NCBI GenBank assembly: GCA_965216875.1
Contig: OZ244207.1
Coordinates: 2,976,001-3,040,000, forward strand
DNA: 64,000 nt
Direction of reading: 5' to 3'
DNA from: Rubripirellula sp.
GTDB taxonomy: Bacteria; Planctomycetota; Planctomycetia; Pirellulales; Pirellulaceae
This document shows positions 1-9,406 of this stretch, one piece after another. The position numbers and the translations under genes were made by a program. Below the pieces are notes generated by a model that saw only the letters and a list, made by a program, of their open reading frames with translations, searched no databases and was not told where the DNA came from. How positions within the stretch are numbered: the first letter of the stretch is position 1; the number at the start of each line of letters is the position of its first letter.

Positions 1-684
1 GCGCAATCCGCGTTGGGAACTCCCAGTGTGATCGAACAACCGAACCTCGTTGACGATTACCGCGAAATCGTCGATGAACCGGTCCCAGCGATTTCAACCC
101 AATCCATCTTTGGCGATTTCGAGGAAGAAGAGTCGCTGAACATCGGCAACGGAGTGGCGGGAGTCCGGACGCAAGCTTCCGAACAACAAAGCGAACCCGA
201 AGCGGCTCAGCACGGTGCCTGCCAAAGCGAAGCGACCACCGAACTGGAAACGGTCCTTCACCAAGAGATCATCGGGATTTCGACGGTTGCCGCCGACAGC
301 ATTCATGTGACCGAATCGGTCGCCGAAGAATCGTTTGCTGTGCCAGAAACCGGAGCGCAAGAGACCGGAGCGCAAGAGACCGGAGCGCACGCTGCCGCTG
401 AGCCCCAAGATTCCGAACCGGCCTGTGAAGCCTCCGACGCCGAGACTCCTTCCGACACTGAAGTCGTTGCCCACCCGGCGATGTACCAACAACCAGCATC
501 CGAGCAGACTCCATCTCAGCCTGCACCACCTTCGGCGCTCGCATCGCGAGACGACTCGGACCTGCTCGTGATCGAAGATGAAGTCGAGATCTCATCCGAG
601 GCTCCAAAGAAAGTTGACGCCCAAGAGAAGACGATTTCGGTCGACTTTCAAGCCATGCTGACACGCATGCGAAGTGGCACCTAG
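1..684 (+). CDS. 3' part of a protein with an acidic low-complexity tail (5'-truncated by window edge)
   Basis: Frame is open from base 1 to TAG at 682-684; E/S/P/A-rich; no recognisable domain in the visible part. Confidence 0.7.
   Translation, partial: AQSALGTPSVIEQPNLVDDYREIVDEPVPAISTQSIFGDFEEEESLNIGNGVAGVRTQASEQQSEPEAAQHGACQSEATTELETVLHQEIIGISTVAADSIHVTESVAEESFAVPETGAQETGAQETGAHAAAEPQDSEPACEASDAETPSDTEVVAHPAMYQQPASEQTPSQPAPPSALASRDDSDLLVIEDEVEISSEAPKKVDAQEKTISVDFQAMLTRMRSGT
346..390 (+). repeat. In-frame tandem repeat, 3 x 15 bp (ETGAQ/ETGAQ/ETGAH)
   Basis: gaaaccggagcgcaa gagaccggagcgcaa gagaccggagcgcac. Confidence 0.95.
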
Positions 685-801
685 ACACCGCCCTCGCTTG
701 ACGAACGCCAGCCGAAACGAGCTGGCCAACAGCGATTTGCAAAGGAATCGCCCAGCGTGGCGAGGTGAAACAGCATTCTCACGACCAACGACGAGACTGT
801 C

Positions 802-1272
802 ATGACGAGCACGACACCCTTGATTGGACTAGCGACGGAATTGATTCGCATTCGCGACGATCGTCGAACCACGCCAGTGCTCGTCACACCGAACTACCTG
901 GCCCTTCGCCCCGCATTCTATGTTGGCCTTGCCGAGGCCCTTTTTGAGTGCGACCAAACGTCGGTTCGATACGATTGGCATCGCGTTGGGGCCGCCAGTC
1001 TGCTGAGAGTTTTTGGTGATATGGTCGCGCAGCGTTACGCCGAAGCGGTCAATCGAAGCCTCGAATCCGCTGCTCGAAAGACGTCGCATCCAGCGCGACT
1101 CTGTCGCATGCAGGTTACATCCTCCATCGGGCGACCTTCTCGCAAGGGGGCCGAGTTGATCATTGGGATATCAGACGAGACACTGGAGTTGCCCAGTTGG
1201 GCGACGCCCATCGCTTTGGGTGACCAGCAACCCAGCCAACACTCCCACCAGCTTGCACCCGCAGTCATTTGA
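802..1272 (+). CDS. Hypothetical protein
   Basis: 156 aa ATG ORF; stop overlaps the TTG start of the next gene (TTGA), suggesting coupling. Confidence 0.6.
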   Translation: MTSTTPLIGLATELIRIRDDRRTTPVLVTPNYLALRPAFYVGLAEALFECDQTSVRYDWHRVGAASLLRVFGDMVAQRYAEAVNRSLESAARKTSHPARLCRMQVTSSIGRPSRKGAELIIGISDETLELPSWATPIALGDQQPSQHSHQLAPAVI

Positions 1273-2015
1273 CTTCCTCTAGTACTCCCTCTGCCTTCGA
1301 GCCCACCCCCGGCAGAGTCCTTATTGCCGTCTGCACCCTCAACGAAGCCGACAACATTACTGAGGTCATCGCCGGCTTGCGCGAGGGAATTGGCGAAGCT
1401 GACATCCTGATTGTTGACGACAATTCGACCGATGGGACCGGCGAGTTGGTCGAAAAGATCGCCGACCAGGATCCCGCGGTACGGCTGCTGGTGCGTCGTG
1501 ACGAGCGCGGGCTTGGCAGTGCGATTCGGCTCGCGATCACTAAGGCCATCGAGGGCCGATACGAGTATTTCCTCAACCTCGATGGTGACCTCAGCCATGA
1601 CCCCAAGCAGCTCCCCGCGCTGCTCGAAAAGGCTCGCCAATCACCTGAGTTGGACGTCGTGATCGGTTCGCGCTATATCGGCGGCGGTGAAATCGATGGT
1701 TGGCCGATGCGGCGCCGATTGATGAGCCGAATGGTCAACGGCTTCGCCACACTCTGCCTCCGGTTGCCAGTGAGCGACTGCAGCGGATCGATGCGTTGCT
1801 ACCGCGTCGCGGCGCTAGCAAACATCGGTATCGAAACCGTCCACAGCAACGGGTATTCGGTGCTTGAGGAACTGCTGGTGAAACTCCGGCGCAGCGGCAG
1901 CAAAATGGGCGAAGTTCCCATCACCTTCACTGACCGCGTTCGCGGGGAGAGCAAATTGACCACCGGCGAAGCGATCCGGTCGGCAACAAGAATGCTGTCA
2001 TTCATGTTCAAGTAG
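1269..2015 (+). CDS. Polyprenol-monophosphomannose synthase-like GT2 glycosyltransferase
   Basis: TLNEADNI, IVDDNSTDGT, GLGSA, LDGDLSHDP (DxD), GSRY, EVPITFTDRVRGESK are DPM1/Ppm1-like motifs. Confidence 0.9.
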   Translation: MTSSSTPSAFEPTPGRVLIAVCTLNEADNITEVIAGLREGIGEADILIVDDNSTDGTGELVEKIADQDPAVRLLVRRDERGLGSAIRLAITKAIEGRYEYFLNLDGDLSHDPKQLPALLEKARQSPELDVVIGSRYIGGGEIDGWPMRRRLMSRMVNGFATLCLRLPVSDCSGSMRCYRVAALANIGIETVHSNGYSVLEELLVKLRRSGSKMGEVPITFTDRVRGESKLTTGEAIRSATRMLSFMFK

Positions 2016-2122
2016 CTTGACCAGTTGTCTGCGAGAACTTCGGGACTCCTCTGGCATCGGTCGCAAATAATTGGCTACACCGCATTGCTGAGTGCTTTTC
2101 TTTTCTTCGCTCAACAAGGTGT

Positions 2123-2761
2123 ATGTCGATGCTACGAAACCTGTTTCGCTTTCTTTTTCCAGCTCCGCAGAAGCCCGCGCCGATCGATACGGTGCGAAAG
2201 CCCGAGATGAATGGCACGGCGCCTCAAGTGGTCCTCTACGCGCAGGTTCCAGCCGAGAGAGGCAATCAGAGACGCGAAACCGCGGTTTCACGCACCGTTG
2301 CGGAACCGATCAATCACCGCGCTCGCCTGATGGCGATGAAGCTGGAACATACTCAGCTCTGTAGCCCAAAACGGTGTGAGCGTTTGGCCGAATATGGGAT
2401 CGTCACCGCGGGTGACTTGGCCTCGTGCGATCCGACGTCGATCGCATCCAAGTTCGCCGCCCCTGCAAAAGCACTACGAACCCTCCGTCGCTACCGGCGT
2501 GCCGTCCGACTCTCCGCGGCCATTCCTGGCATGATGCCTCGTGAAGCCCAGTTGCTGATCAGCATTCACCGCCGCAGTGTTCGCGGATTGGCGCGAGAAA
2601 CCGCCGCCGTGCTTCGCCGCGACCTCGAACGCTTCGCAGAAAGTTCTGATGGGCAACGTCAGCTCAAGGGACGCCGTCTGCCGAGTACGCGTCGGATCAA
2701 ACGTTGGATTTCAGAATGCGAAAACCACGTGAGCAACGTCCCCGTTCACATCGCAGCCTAG
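2123..2761 (+). CDS. DUF4332-like helix-hairpin-helix protein
   Basis: LAEYGIVTAGDL...IPGMMPREAQLL...SVRGLA...LPSTRRIKRWI pattern. Confidence 0.7.
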   Translation: MSMLRNLFRFLFPAPQKPAPIDTVRKPEMNGTAPQVVLYAQVPAERGNQRRETAVSRTVAEPINHRARLMAMKLEHTQLCSPKRCERLAEYGIVTAGDLASCDPTSIASKFAAPAKALRTLRRYRRAVRLSAAIPGMMPREAQLLISIHRRSVRGLARETAAVLRRDLERFAESSDGQRQLKGRRLPSTRRIKRWISECENHVSNVPVHIAA

Positions 2762-3246
2762 TTCAACGACTCGACGCCGAAGGCAGCTGCATCGACGGGG
2801 CGTCGGTCTTTGGGCGATTCCCCTTTTTCATGCCAGAAGCAAACTTGGGCATCATCGGGGTGCCAACACAGGCAAATTTGCCGGCGGTTCATCACGGCGG
2901 GAAAGTCGATCGTACCGTCGATCGGGATGTGGGCAGCGATGCCAAGGGCCGCCAATTCGGACAAACACTCTTGCAGTCGCTCTTCGTCCGCAGCAACCGA
3001 TGCGCGGATGTCGCTGAGCTCTTCCTGGTAGTCGACGTGTTCGATCGTCTCGGGCAGCTGATCGATCCCCTTCAGCTGCTCGCGGCCCGCTGCGATGGAA
3101 TCGTTCAAACGAACCATGTCGGCAACGATGCTTTTTACAAGCGGAAGCATCTCCGTCGCTCGACTGGGAGTGAAGAGTGTTTCCCCACCGCCAGGCTTTG
3201 AATCGTTTTCTTCGCGAATTGCTCGGACCATCATTTCAACCTGCAA
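2758..3246 (-). CDS. DUF2203 family protein
   Basis: FTPSRATEMLPLV...GTIDFPA...CLCW...FWH...RRPV; exact start uncertain. Confidence 0.8.
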   Translation of the reverse strand: MQVEMMVRAIREENDSKPGGGETLFTPSRATEMLPLVKSIVADMVRLNDSIAAGREQLKGIDQLPETIEHVDYQEELSDIRASVAADEERLQECLSELAALGIAAHIPIDGTIDFPAVMNRRQICLCWHPDDAQVCFWHEKGESPKDRRPVDAAAFGVESLN

Positions 3247-3715
3247 GGGGTGCTAGTTCTTGGCGCGCCCGCCGCTTCCACAATAGTACGACGTAGAGAC
3301 CAGTCATACGGTTCCGTCCTGTTCATTGACTCATCCTGACAACCCCACCACCTCCGTTATCTGATCCAGCAGCGTTTGCCGGATCAATCTCAGGCCGCCT
3401 TGGTGGTTGCTTGGGTTTGGTAAGGGGAGCGTGAACTCGCAGTTCCAATCTGCACCATTTTCGCTTTCGCGGCGAGCCCCCAAGACATCGCCCAAGACAA
3501 CTGCCAAAGACATTCGCTCGAGGTTGGCGCCGCAAAATGGCGGGCTTCGGGAACCCGCAGCCCACTGTTTCCGCCTAACTGTACATACGCACCAATCAGG
3601 CGGAGGGGTCCTGCAAACTGTCGGAAATGCCGCCTTTGGCCGTGATTTTTCCGATTATGCCCGTTGGAAACGGGGGCCTAAGGTCAAAAAGTGCTTCTTG
3701 TCAAGGCGGAATTCC

Positions 3716-3743
3716 TTGACGTGCGCATTTTTTGACCTAGAGT
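3716..3743 (+). promoter_or_regulatory. Putative sigma70-type promoter of csrA
   Basis: TTGACG-N16-TAGAGT about 160 bp upstream of the csrA ATG. Confidence 0.45.
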
Positions 3744-3901
3744 TGAGGGTGTCAGGAATAGCGGAAATCCATGGATAGATTTACGCGGGCACAACCGGCC
3801 TACGTAGCGGTGATTCGGGAATCATGTTTCCAATCGGGCATCGGGACTGTAGGCGCACGACACGAAAAGAAAAATTGGGCCGGTTTGGAAAGGACTAGAG
3901 C

Positions 3902-4096
3902 ATGCTGGTTTTATCAAGAAAAAAGAACGAAAGTATCGTGATCGACAACAATATCAAAATTGTTGTTGTCGAGATCCGCGGCGACAAAGTTCGCTTGGGC
4001 GTTGAAGCTCCACGCGAAGTTCCTGTCCATCGTCGTGAAGTGTACGATGCCATCCAGCGAAGCCTTGAATCGGGTGACGCTCCCGTCGAATCGTAA
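3902..4096 (+). CDS. csrA: Carbon storage regulator CsrA
   Basis: [14 protein letters not shown]...[27 protein letters not shown]. Confidence 0.97.
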   Translation: MLVLSRKKNESIVIDNNIKIVVVEIRGDKVRLGVEAPREVPVHRREVYDAIQRSLESGDAPVES

Positions 4097-4199
4097 TTTT
4101 CTGACGGCTCTTTGGCTCAATCGTTCCCCCTAAAACTCCTCCTGTGTGAGTTTGCGCAAGATTTCTCTTGCCGACATCTTTTTCAGCCCGCGTGAACCC

Positions 4200-4229
4200 T
4201 TGACGAACTCATGCGGTCTTGATTACAAC
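4200..4229 (+). promoter_or_regulatory. Putative tRNA-Glu promoter
   Basis: TTGACG-N18-TACAAC; TTGACGAACTC is shared with the upstream region of tRNA-Ser. Confidence 0.45.
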
Positions 4230-4284
4230 CCCGCCTTGCGATCAAGTTGCTCGGCCAACCAGCCGATCTTCTCAGTTAGCAAAC

Positions 4285-4357
<73 letters not shown>

Positions 4358-4365
4358 CTACCTTT

Positions 4366-4404
4366 TGGCTGATTGAAACATCCCATTTCAATCAGCCATT
4401 TTTT
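4366..4404 (+). terminator. Intrinsic terminator after tRNA-Glu
   Basis: tggctgattgaaa-catccca-tttcaatcagcca followed by a T run. Confidence 0.9.
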
Positions 4405-4682
4405 ATGCGCTCTCGACGACCGACGATGGCTCGACGGGTGATGCCCCGCCTTCGGCGCTCGCTCCTCTCGATCGCTCACCTAGCTGCACCGATTCGGTTC
4501 TCTTCTCTCGCGCCCACTGTGCACAGTTTGCACACCTCTCAGCTCGTGGCGACGCCGCTCCTGTCACGGTGCGTGCCAATTGGCACAGTCAACTCCTTGG
4601 CAAATGAGCATCCGCAGGGCTGCGCCCGATGTGGCCAACGCAGATCTTGGTTCTGAAAACCGATTGCCCCCAACGCAACCGA

Positions 4683-4699
4683 TTGGCCCTTTAATTGCT
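4683..4699 (+). promoter_or_regulatory. Putative sigma54 (-24/-12) promoter of the CBS gene
   Basis: TTGGCCCTTTAATTGCT: GG-N10-GC spacing, about 100 bp upstream of the ATG. Confidence 0.55.
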
Positions 4700-4796
4700 C
4701 TCCCCATTCTTTCGATGACGCACCCCATGCGTCGCCTGCCAACGCCTTGGCAGCTTCACGATGAGTTGACCGATTGAGTCAAGGAAAGGAAGGAAG

Positions 4797-5273
4797 ATGA
4801 GTAACGCTGTCTATGAGAAACGAATCAAGGATGTCATGAGCCGCGATGTCGTCACGATCGGTGCGGCTGACACCATTCACGAGGCGCTGACCTTGATGAG
4901 CGAGAACCGAGTTTCGGCAATTCCTGTTGTCGACCGGGCCGACAACTGTGTCGGCATCCTCTCAACGTCAGACTTGGTTGACATGACTCGCGATATCGAC
5001 GACGACCTGTACAGCCTTGATCTGGTCGACCCGACCTCGCGTCGTTTCCTTCTCGACAAGCTTGCTCACAGCATGGGCGCAGAACCGGTCCAATCATTCA
5101 TGAGCGAAACGGTGATGACCGTCGACCTGGAAACGACACTAGGTGTGACCGCACGCGAAATGCTTCGCCATCGCGTGCATCATCTCCCCGTCACCGACTC
5201 GGACGGCCACCTCGTCGGCATCGTTTCAACCATGGACGTTCTGGAAGCCTTCGCCGCTGGCGTTGCCGTCTGA
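4797..5273 (+). CDS. Stand-alone tandem CBS-domain protein
   Basis: Two CBS motifs (IKDVMSRDVVT...IPVVD...GILSTSDL; FMSETV...HHLPVTD...VGIVSTMDV); GGAAGG RBS. Confidence 0.92.
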   Translation: MSNAVYEKRIKDVMSRDVVTIGAADTIHEALTLMSENRVSAIPVVDRADNCVGILSTSDLVDMTRDIDDDLYSLDLVDPTSRRFLLDKLAHSMGAEPVQSFMSETVMTVDLETTLGVTAREMLRHRVHHLPVTDSDGHLVGIVSTMDVLEAFAAGVAV

Positions 5274-5346
5274 ACGGGCCTTGCGCACGGTAGCAGGGTG
5301 GTGGCTGATCTAGCTCTAAATGTCACGCACTGTTTTCAACAGGAAT

Positions 5347-5499
5347 CACCCTCCCGCGTGCGGGAGGGTCGGACGCAAAGTCCGGGGAGGGCCGTTCGAG
5401 GTGCCAGCCGGATGCATGATATTGTGAGCAAGACCGACCAGTACAAAGAAGACGCAGAGCGTCCGGAAACGCGTTACCACGCAGAGCGTGGGAACGAGG
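5347..5499. repeat. REP-like mosaic (family A at 5347-5392; family B at about 5451-5499)
   Basis: caccctcccgcgtgcgggagggtcggacgcaaagtccggggagggc matches 20252-20297 with 1 mismatch; the family B copy is the reverse complement of the copy at 13541-13589. Confidence 0.9.
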
Positions 5500-5520
5500 G
5501 TGGGACACCGGAACAATGTG

Positions 5521-6738
5521 TCATGCGGAGCATGACCTACGGATTCCTCGCATCGCCGATTTGGGCAAATGGACCTCGCCTACGCCAGAGAGTCCTGCCT
5601 GGCGTTTCAATTCGCGTTCCAAGCGTGTTTGCCTTGCTTTGCTCCAACGCTCGCTTTCTTCGAGCCAAACCCGTTTGACTTCGATTCGGTCGCCGGCCCG
5701 ATTGGCCTTCATGTCGATCCTCCCGATCACTTTGTCGCCATCCAGAAGAGGAAAAACGTAGTAGCCATACTTTCGTTTCGCCTCAGGGACGTAGATTTCG
5801 ATCCGATAATCAAAACCAAACATCCACAGTAGACGGTTACGGTCACGAATCACCGGATCGAATGGCGACACGGCGCGGAGTCGGTTTGGGACGCGGTCCA
5901 CTTGCTCAACGAGCTCCGGCAAATCACTTCGTCCAACCAACGTTCGATGCTCGGCGTCCACCATCTCTTCGACGTGCACTTCAACCAAATCGCTACCCTG
6001 GTCCTTGACCCACTGCTTGGCTTCCGCAATCGAAACGAGTTCCCAGAACCGGGCAATATCGGTCGGGCTCCCGATCCCCAGCTTTTCAACGGCACTTCGA
6101 CATGCCCAGTCAACGAAGGCGTCGTGGTCACATTTCGCGTTGAAATCATCCTCCGGGATCACTCGTGAGGAGAGGTCATAGACTTTTTGGAAGCCGTCAC
6201 GAGCTCGAATCGAAAACACGCCCGTTCGCCACATGAATTCGAGCGCGGCTTTGCCATCGTCCCATTGCCACATCGACTTCTTCGTTTTGCTTTTCGGTCG
6301 CTCAAGGTCTCGACTGCGGATGGGACCTTCTTTTTCAACCAGATCGATCAGTTTGTCACAGTGTTTTAGAAAACCATCGCCGTACCACTTCACCATCCGC
6401 TTGCTAAGCCCCTCACGGCGACGATCAAAGGCACATTTCCAATATCGAAAGAACTCACAGGGGATGATCGACGCGTCGTGCGTGTAGTTCTCGAACAACA
6501 AGCAGTGATCTTCGATCAATTCGCTCATCATCTTGGGGCGGTACTTTTCATGTCGCGCCCCCATGATCATGTGATGTGCTCGTTCCACCCACTGAATCGA
6601 GTCGACCTGCACAAATCCCAATTGATGGATCGTTTGATAAACCTCGTCATGGCTTTCGCCACTTCGCGGATCAGCCGTCAGGCCCTGAAGATGTAGAATC
6701 AGGCGACGTGCCTGACGATTACTTAAGCGAATACCCAT
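5521..6738 (-). CDS. YcaQ/AlkZ-family (HTH_42) crosslink-repair DNA glycosylase
   Basis: QVD (QxD) motif, ENYTHDAS, SPFDPVIRDR, FGFDYRIEIYVPEAKRKYGYY. Confidence 0.9.
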   Translation of the reverse strand: MGIRLSNRQARRLILHLQGLTADPRSGESHDEVYQTIHQLGFVQVDSIQWVERAHHMIMGARHEKYRPKMMSELIEDHCLLFENYTHDASIIPCEFFRYWKCAFDRRREGLSKRMVKWYGDGFLKHCDKLIDLVEKEGPIRSRDLERPKSKTKKSMWQWDDGKAALEFMWRTGVFSIRARDGFQKVYDLSSRVIPEDDFNAKCDHDAFVDWACRSAVEKLGIGSPTDIARFWELVSIAEAKQWVKDQGSDLVEVHVEEMVDAEHRTLVGRSDLPELVEQVDRVPNRLRAVSPFDPVIRDRNRLLWMFGFDYRIEIYVPEAKRKYGYYVFPLLDGDKVIGRIDMKANRAGDRIEVKRVWLEESERWSKARQTRLERELKRQAGLSGVGEVHLPKSAMRGIRRSCSA

Positions 6739-6892
6739 GCGTTCCGTTTCTTGTCTTAGCTTCGGTCACCAGACCGCTCAAAACAGTGTTGGTCGCGCCC
6801 CGGCGATCGGACAACCGAGCCTGTGACGAGGTAGACTGATCTCGAGTTCGGTCGAGACACCCTTTCACAACACACAAACCAGAGATTGCGCG

Positions 6893-8395
6893 ATGCGAAT
6901 GCTGGCCAGCTTAACGGCAATCGTCGCACTTGGGATGGGTCCGGTCGATGCCAGCGACTACGTTGTCGTTTCCTTGGTTGATCAAACGGATCCGTATCAC
7001 GACGCAGCCGAGAGGTTGGGTGAGCTCCGCGGTGCAAAGATCACTTACTGCCAGCCTGGCGAAATCGACAAGCTACTGCCCGTTCTCAAGAAAGAGACAC
7101 CGCGGCACGTTGCCTTTGTTGTACGTCCGACAGAGTTCGACGTGAAATTAGCCCGCAGCGTGCTGAGTTTGTCGACGCAAATCGACGACGACCCGTTCGC
7201 CGATTTTGCGTACGGGTTTGTGACCGGACTCTCGGCCGAGCGGGCGGTCAAATTGGTCGAGGCGGGTAAAAACCGAAAACCTGTGTCCGCTCCCACACTG
7301 ACGATGGTCGGCGTTGCCAGCCAACAGATGGGAAAATCGCGAACCTTCGATCAAGTGCTGCCGCTGCGAGGATCGACTCTCCGTCAGACCTACCACATGA
7401 TCTCCGCCAGCGACGAAGCTGCGTCGGGGAATGTGGATCCCGATCAACTCTCCGCGCGAGATGACGAGTTTCTGAGCAGCTTGATGCCGTCTCTCGACCG
7501 ACAACCGCTGCTCGTCTTCGCTGGCCATGGATATCCGCGAGAGGTCATTGGCGGGCCCTCCTACAAGCACTTGCAAGGCCGTGATTTCTCCGGTGCCATT
7601 GCCTTGAACATCGCTTGCTACACGGGCGTGACTCACGGTTGGACACACGTTGACGGAACAGCAAAAACGATCGCGCCGGAAGAGTCCTTCTGTTTGAACA
7701 TGCTCGACACGGGCGTTGCAGGTTACGTCGCCTACGCCTGCCCAAGGCCTGCCGGGCCAACGATGCTGGGTGAAGCCGTCACGCTGGCGACGGCGGGCGA
7801 GACCATGGGACAAGCTCGGCAACGAAGGTACAACCAGGTGATTCTCTCGCATCTGCAACTTGGCAATGCAGGATTGTATTTGCCGCCTGACAACGATTCG
7901 AAACAGCCTCGGCGAGACGTCCAGAAGCTGCTCACAGCAATGTCGAGCGGCGGCATTTTGTTTGGTGACCCTGCGATCGTCGCCTTTTCGCCCAGCGCAG
8001 AGCATCACCCCGTGGAAACAAGCGTCAAGCTTTCGGGAAACCGACTCGCTGTGCGAGTCAAAGTACACGGCATGCTGTGGCACTACTTCTGCAGTGATCA
8101 AATCACGATGTGGAACAAGAACGAACCGGCCATGAAAGTGGAGACGGTGGTCGACCTCCCTAGCGGGCACGTCGACATCGCTGAAGTGACCTCCAACACG
8201 TTCGGCAAACAATCACGGCTGATCGCTGCGGTTGATCAATTAGGAGCCAGCCGCAAGCTGTACCTCAAGGCCAACTTTCCACGTCCCAGCCAAGAGGACT
8301 TGATGAAAATCGGGCGTAGCGGCGTCGAAGTCGAATTCGAGATCAAACTGACCGACGATCAACGCTCAGCGGTCTATCGCAATCGCACGTTTTAG
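6893..8395 (+). CDS. Secreted protein with gingipain/C25-like (caspase-hemoglobinase fold) peptidase motifs
   Basis: Signal peptide; VFAGHG (His), LNIACYTG (Cys), LFGDPA. Confidence 0.55.
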   Translation: MRMLASLTAIVALGMGPVDASDYVVVSLVDQTDPYHDAAERLGELRGAKITYCQPGEIDKLLPVLKKETPRHVAFVVRPTEFDVKLARSVLSLSTQIDDDPFADFAYGFVTGLSAERAVKLVEAGKNRKPVSAPTLTMVGVASQQMGKSRTFDQVLPLRGSTLRQTYHMISASDEAASGNVDPDQLSARDDEFLSSLMPSLDRQPLLVFAGHGYPREVIGGPSYKHLQGRDFSGAIALNIACYTGVTHGWTHVDGTAKTIAPEESFCLNMLDTGVAGYVAYACPRPAGPTMLGEAVTLATAGETMGQARQRRYNQVILSHLQLGNAGLYLPPDNDSKQPRRDVQKLLTAMSSGGILFGDPAIVAFSPSAEHHPVETSVKLSGNRLAVRVKVHGMLWHYFCSDQITMWNKNEPAMKVETVVDLPSGHVDIAEVTSNTFGKQSRLIAAVDQLGASRKLYLKANFPRPSQEDLMKIGRSGVEVEFEIKLTDDQRSAVYRNRTF

Positions 8396-8452
8396 TTTGC
8401 AAGAGAGCCGCGACCTGAATCCCCCTTCTGCGCCGCAGCAATTATCCTAGGC

Positions 8453-9304
8453 GTGTCATTTCGCTCCCACGCCGCCCCACCTTCGCCTGTGTTTTCACGA
8501 ATCGCTCTCCTCGCCATCCTCGTTCTATGTACCTCGCATAGCGGGGCCAATGCCACAGACAAAACACACGCGACAGCAAAAGGAATCTCCTATCGCGAAT
8601 CGGATGATCCGTACACGAATCGGATGTGCAAGCTCGACCTGCACTACCCAGTCGACACCAAGAACTTTGCGACCATCGTTTGGTTTCACGGAGGTGGACT
8701 CGAAAAAGGAAAACGCGAGATCCCCAAATACCTCCGAAACAAGGACGTCGCCGTCGCTGGCATCGAATATCGGCTAAGCCCCAACGTCAAAGTGGTCGAC
8801 TGCATTGACGACGCAGCGGCGTCGGTCGCATGGTTGATGAAGAACATCGAGCGCTTCGGCGGGTCCAAAGACAAAATCTATGTCTCCGGTCATTCGGCCG
8901 GTGGCTACTTGACCAGCATGGTTGGTCTCGAAAAAGCGTGGCTCGCAAAATACGAAATCGACGCCGATGCGGTCGCTGGACTGATCCCATTGAGTGGGCA
9001 CACGATCACACACTTCACCGCCCGCAAAGAAATGGGTATCGATGGCAAGCAACCGATCATCGATGAATTGGCGCCCCTATTCCACGTGCGAAATGACTGC
9101 CCGCCATTGGTCTTGATCACCGGCGATCGTGAACTGGAAATGCTTGGCCGGTACGAAGAGAACGCGTACATGTGGCGGATGATGCAACAGGTTGGCCACA
9201 AGGACACCACGCTGCACGAACTGGACGGATTCAACCATGGCCAAATGGTCGAGCCAGCGTTACCGCTCCTCCTGCGTTTCGTCAAAGAACGATCAAAGGA
9301 CTAG
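8453..9304 (+). CDS. Secreted alpha/beta hydrolase (esterase/lipase)
   Basis: FHGGG, GHSAGG nucleophile elbow, C-terminal His (FNHG). Confidence 0.9.
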   Translation: MSFRSHAAPPSPVFSRIALLAILVLCTSHSGANATDKTHATAKGISYRESDDPYTNRMCKLDLHYPVDTKNFATIVWFHGGGLEKGKREIPKYLRNKDVAVAGIEYRLSPNVKVVDCIDDAAASVAWLMKNIERFGGSKDKIYVSGHSAGGYLTSMVGLEKAWLAKYEIDADAVAGLIPLSGHTITHFTARKEMGIDGKQPIIDELAPLFHVRNDCPPLVLITGDRELEMLGRYEENAYMWRMMQQVGHKDTTLHELDGFNHGQMVEPALPLLLRFVKERSKD

Positions 9305-9319
9305 GACAATCGCCAAACC

Positions 9320-9384
9320 TGAGCCGAACGCGTTAGTGCCGGGCCCCTCAAGAAGATTCCGGCTAAAGCTCGGTACTACAAACG
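9320..9384. repeat. REP-like mosaic (family C + family D)
   Basis: tgagccgaacgcgttagtgccgggcc plus gaagattccggctaaagctcggtactacaaacg; family D recurs at 20373 and 50741. Confidence 0.85.
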
Positions 9385-9406
9385 CGTAACGGCAAAGCAT
9401 CACAGC

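Noticed and set aside
4572..4597. gtgccaattggcac palindrome as a sigma54 promoter
   Set aside because: TGGCAC is present on both strands but lacks GC at -12; it may still be a protein-binding site
7148..8212. 354-aa minus-strand ORF
   Set aside because: Antisense shadow of 6893-8395 with no motifs
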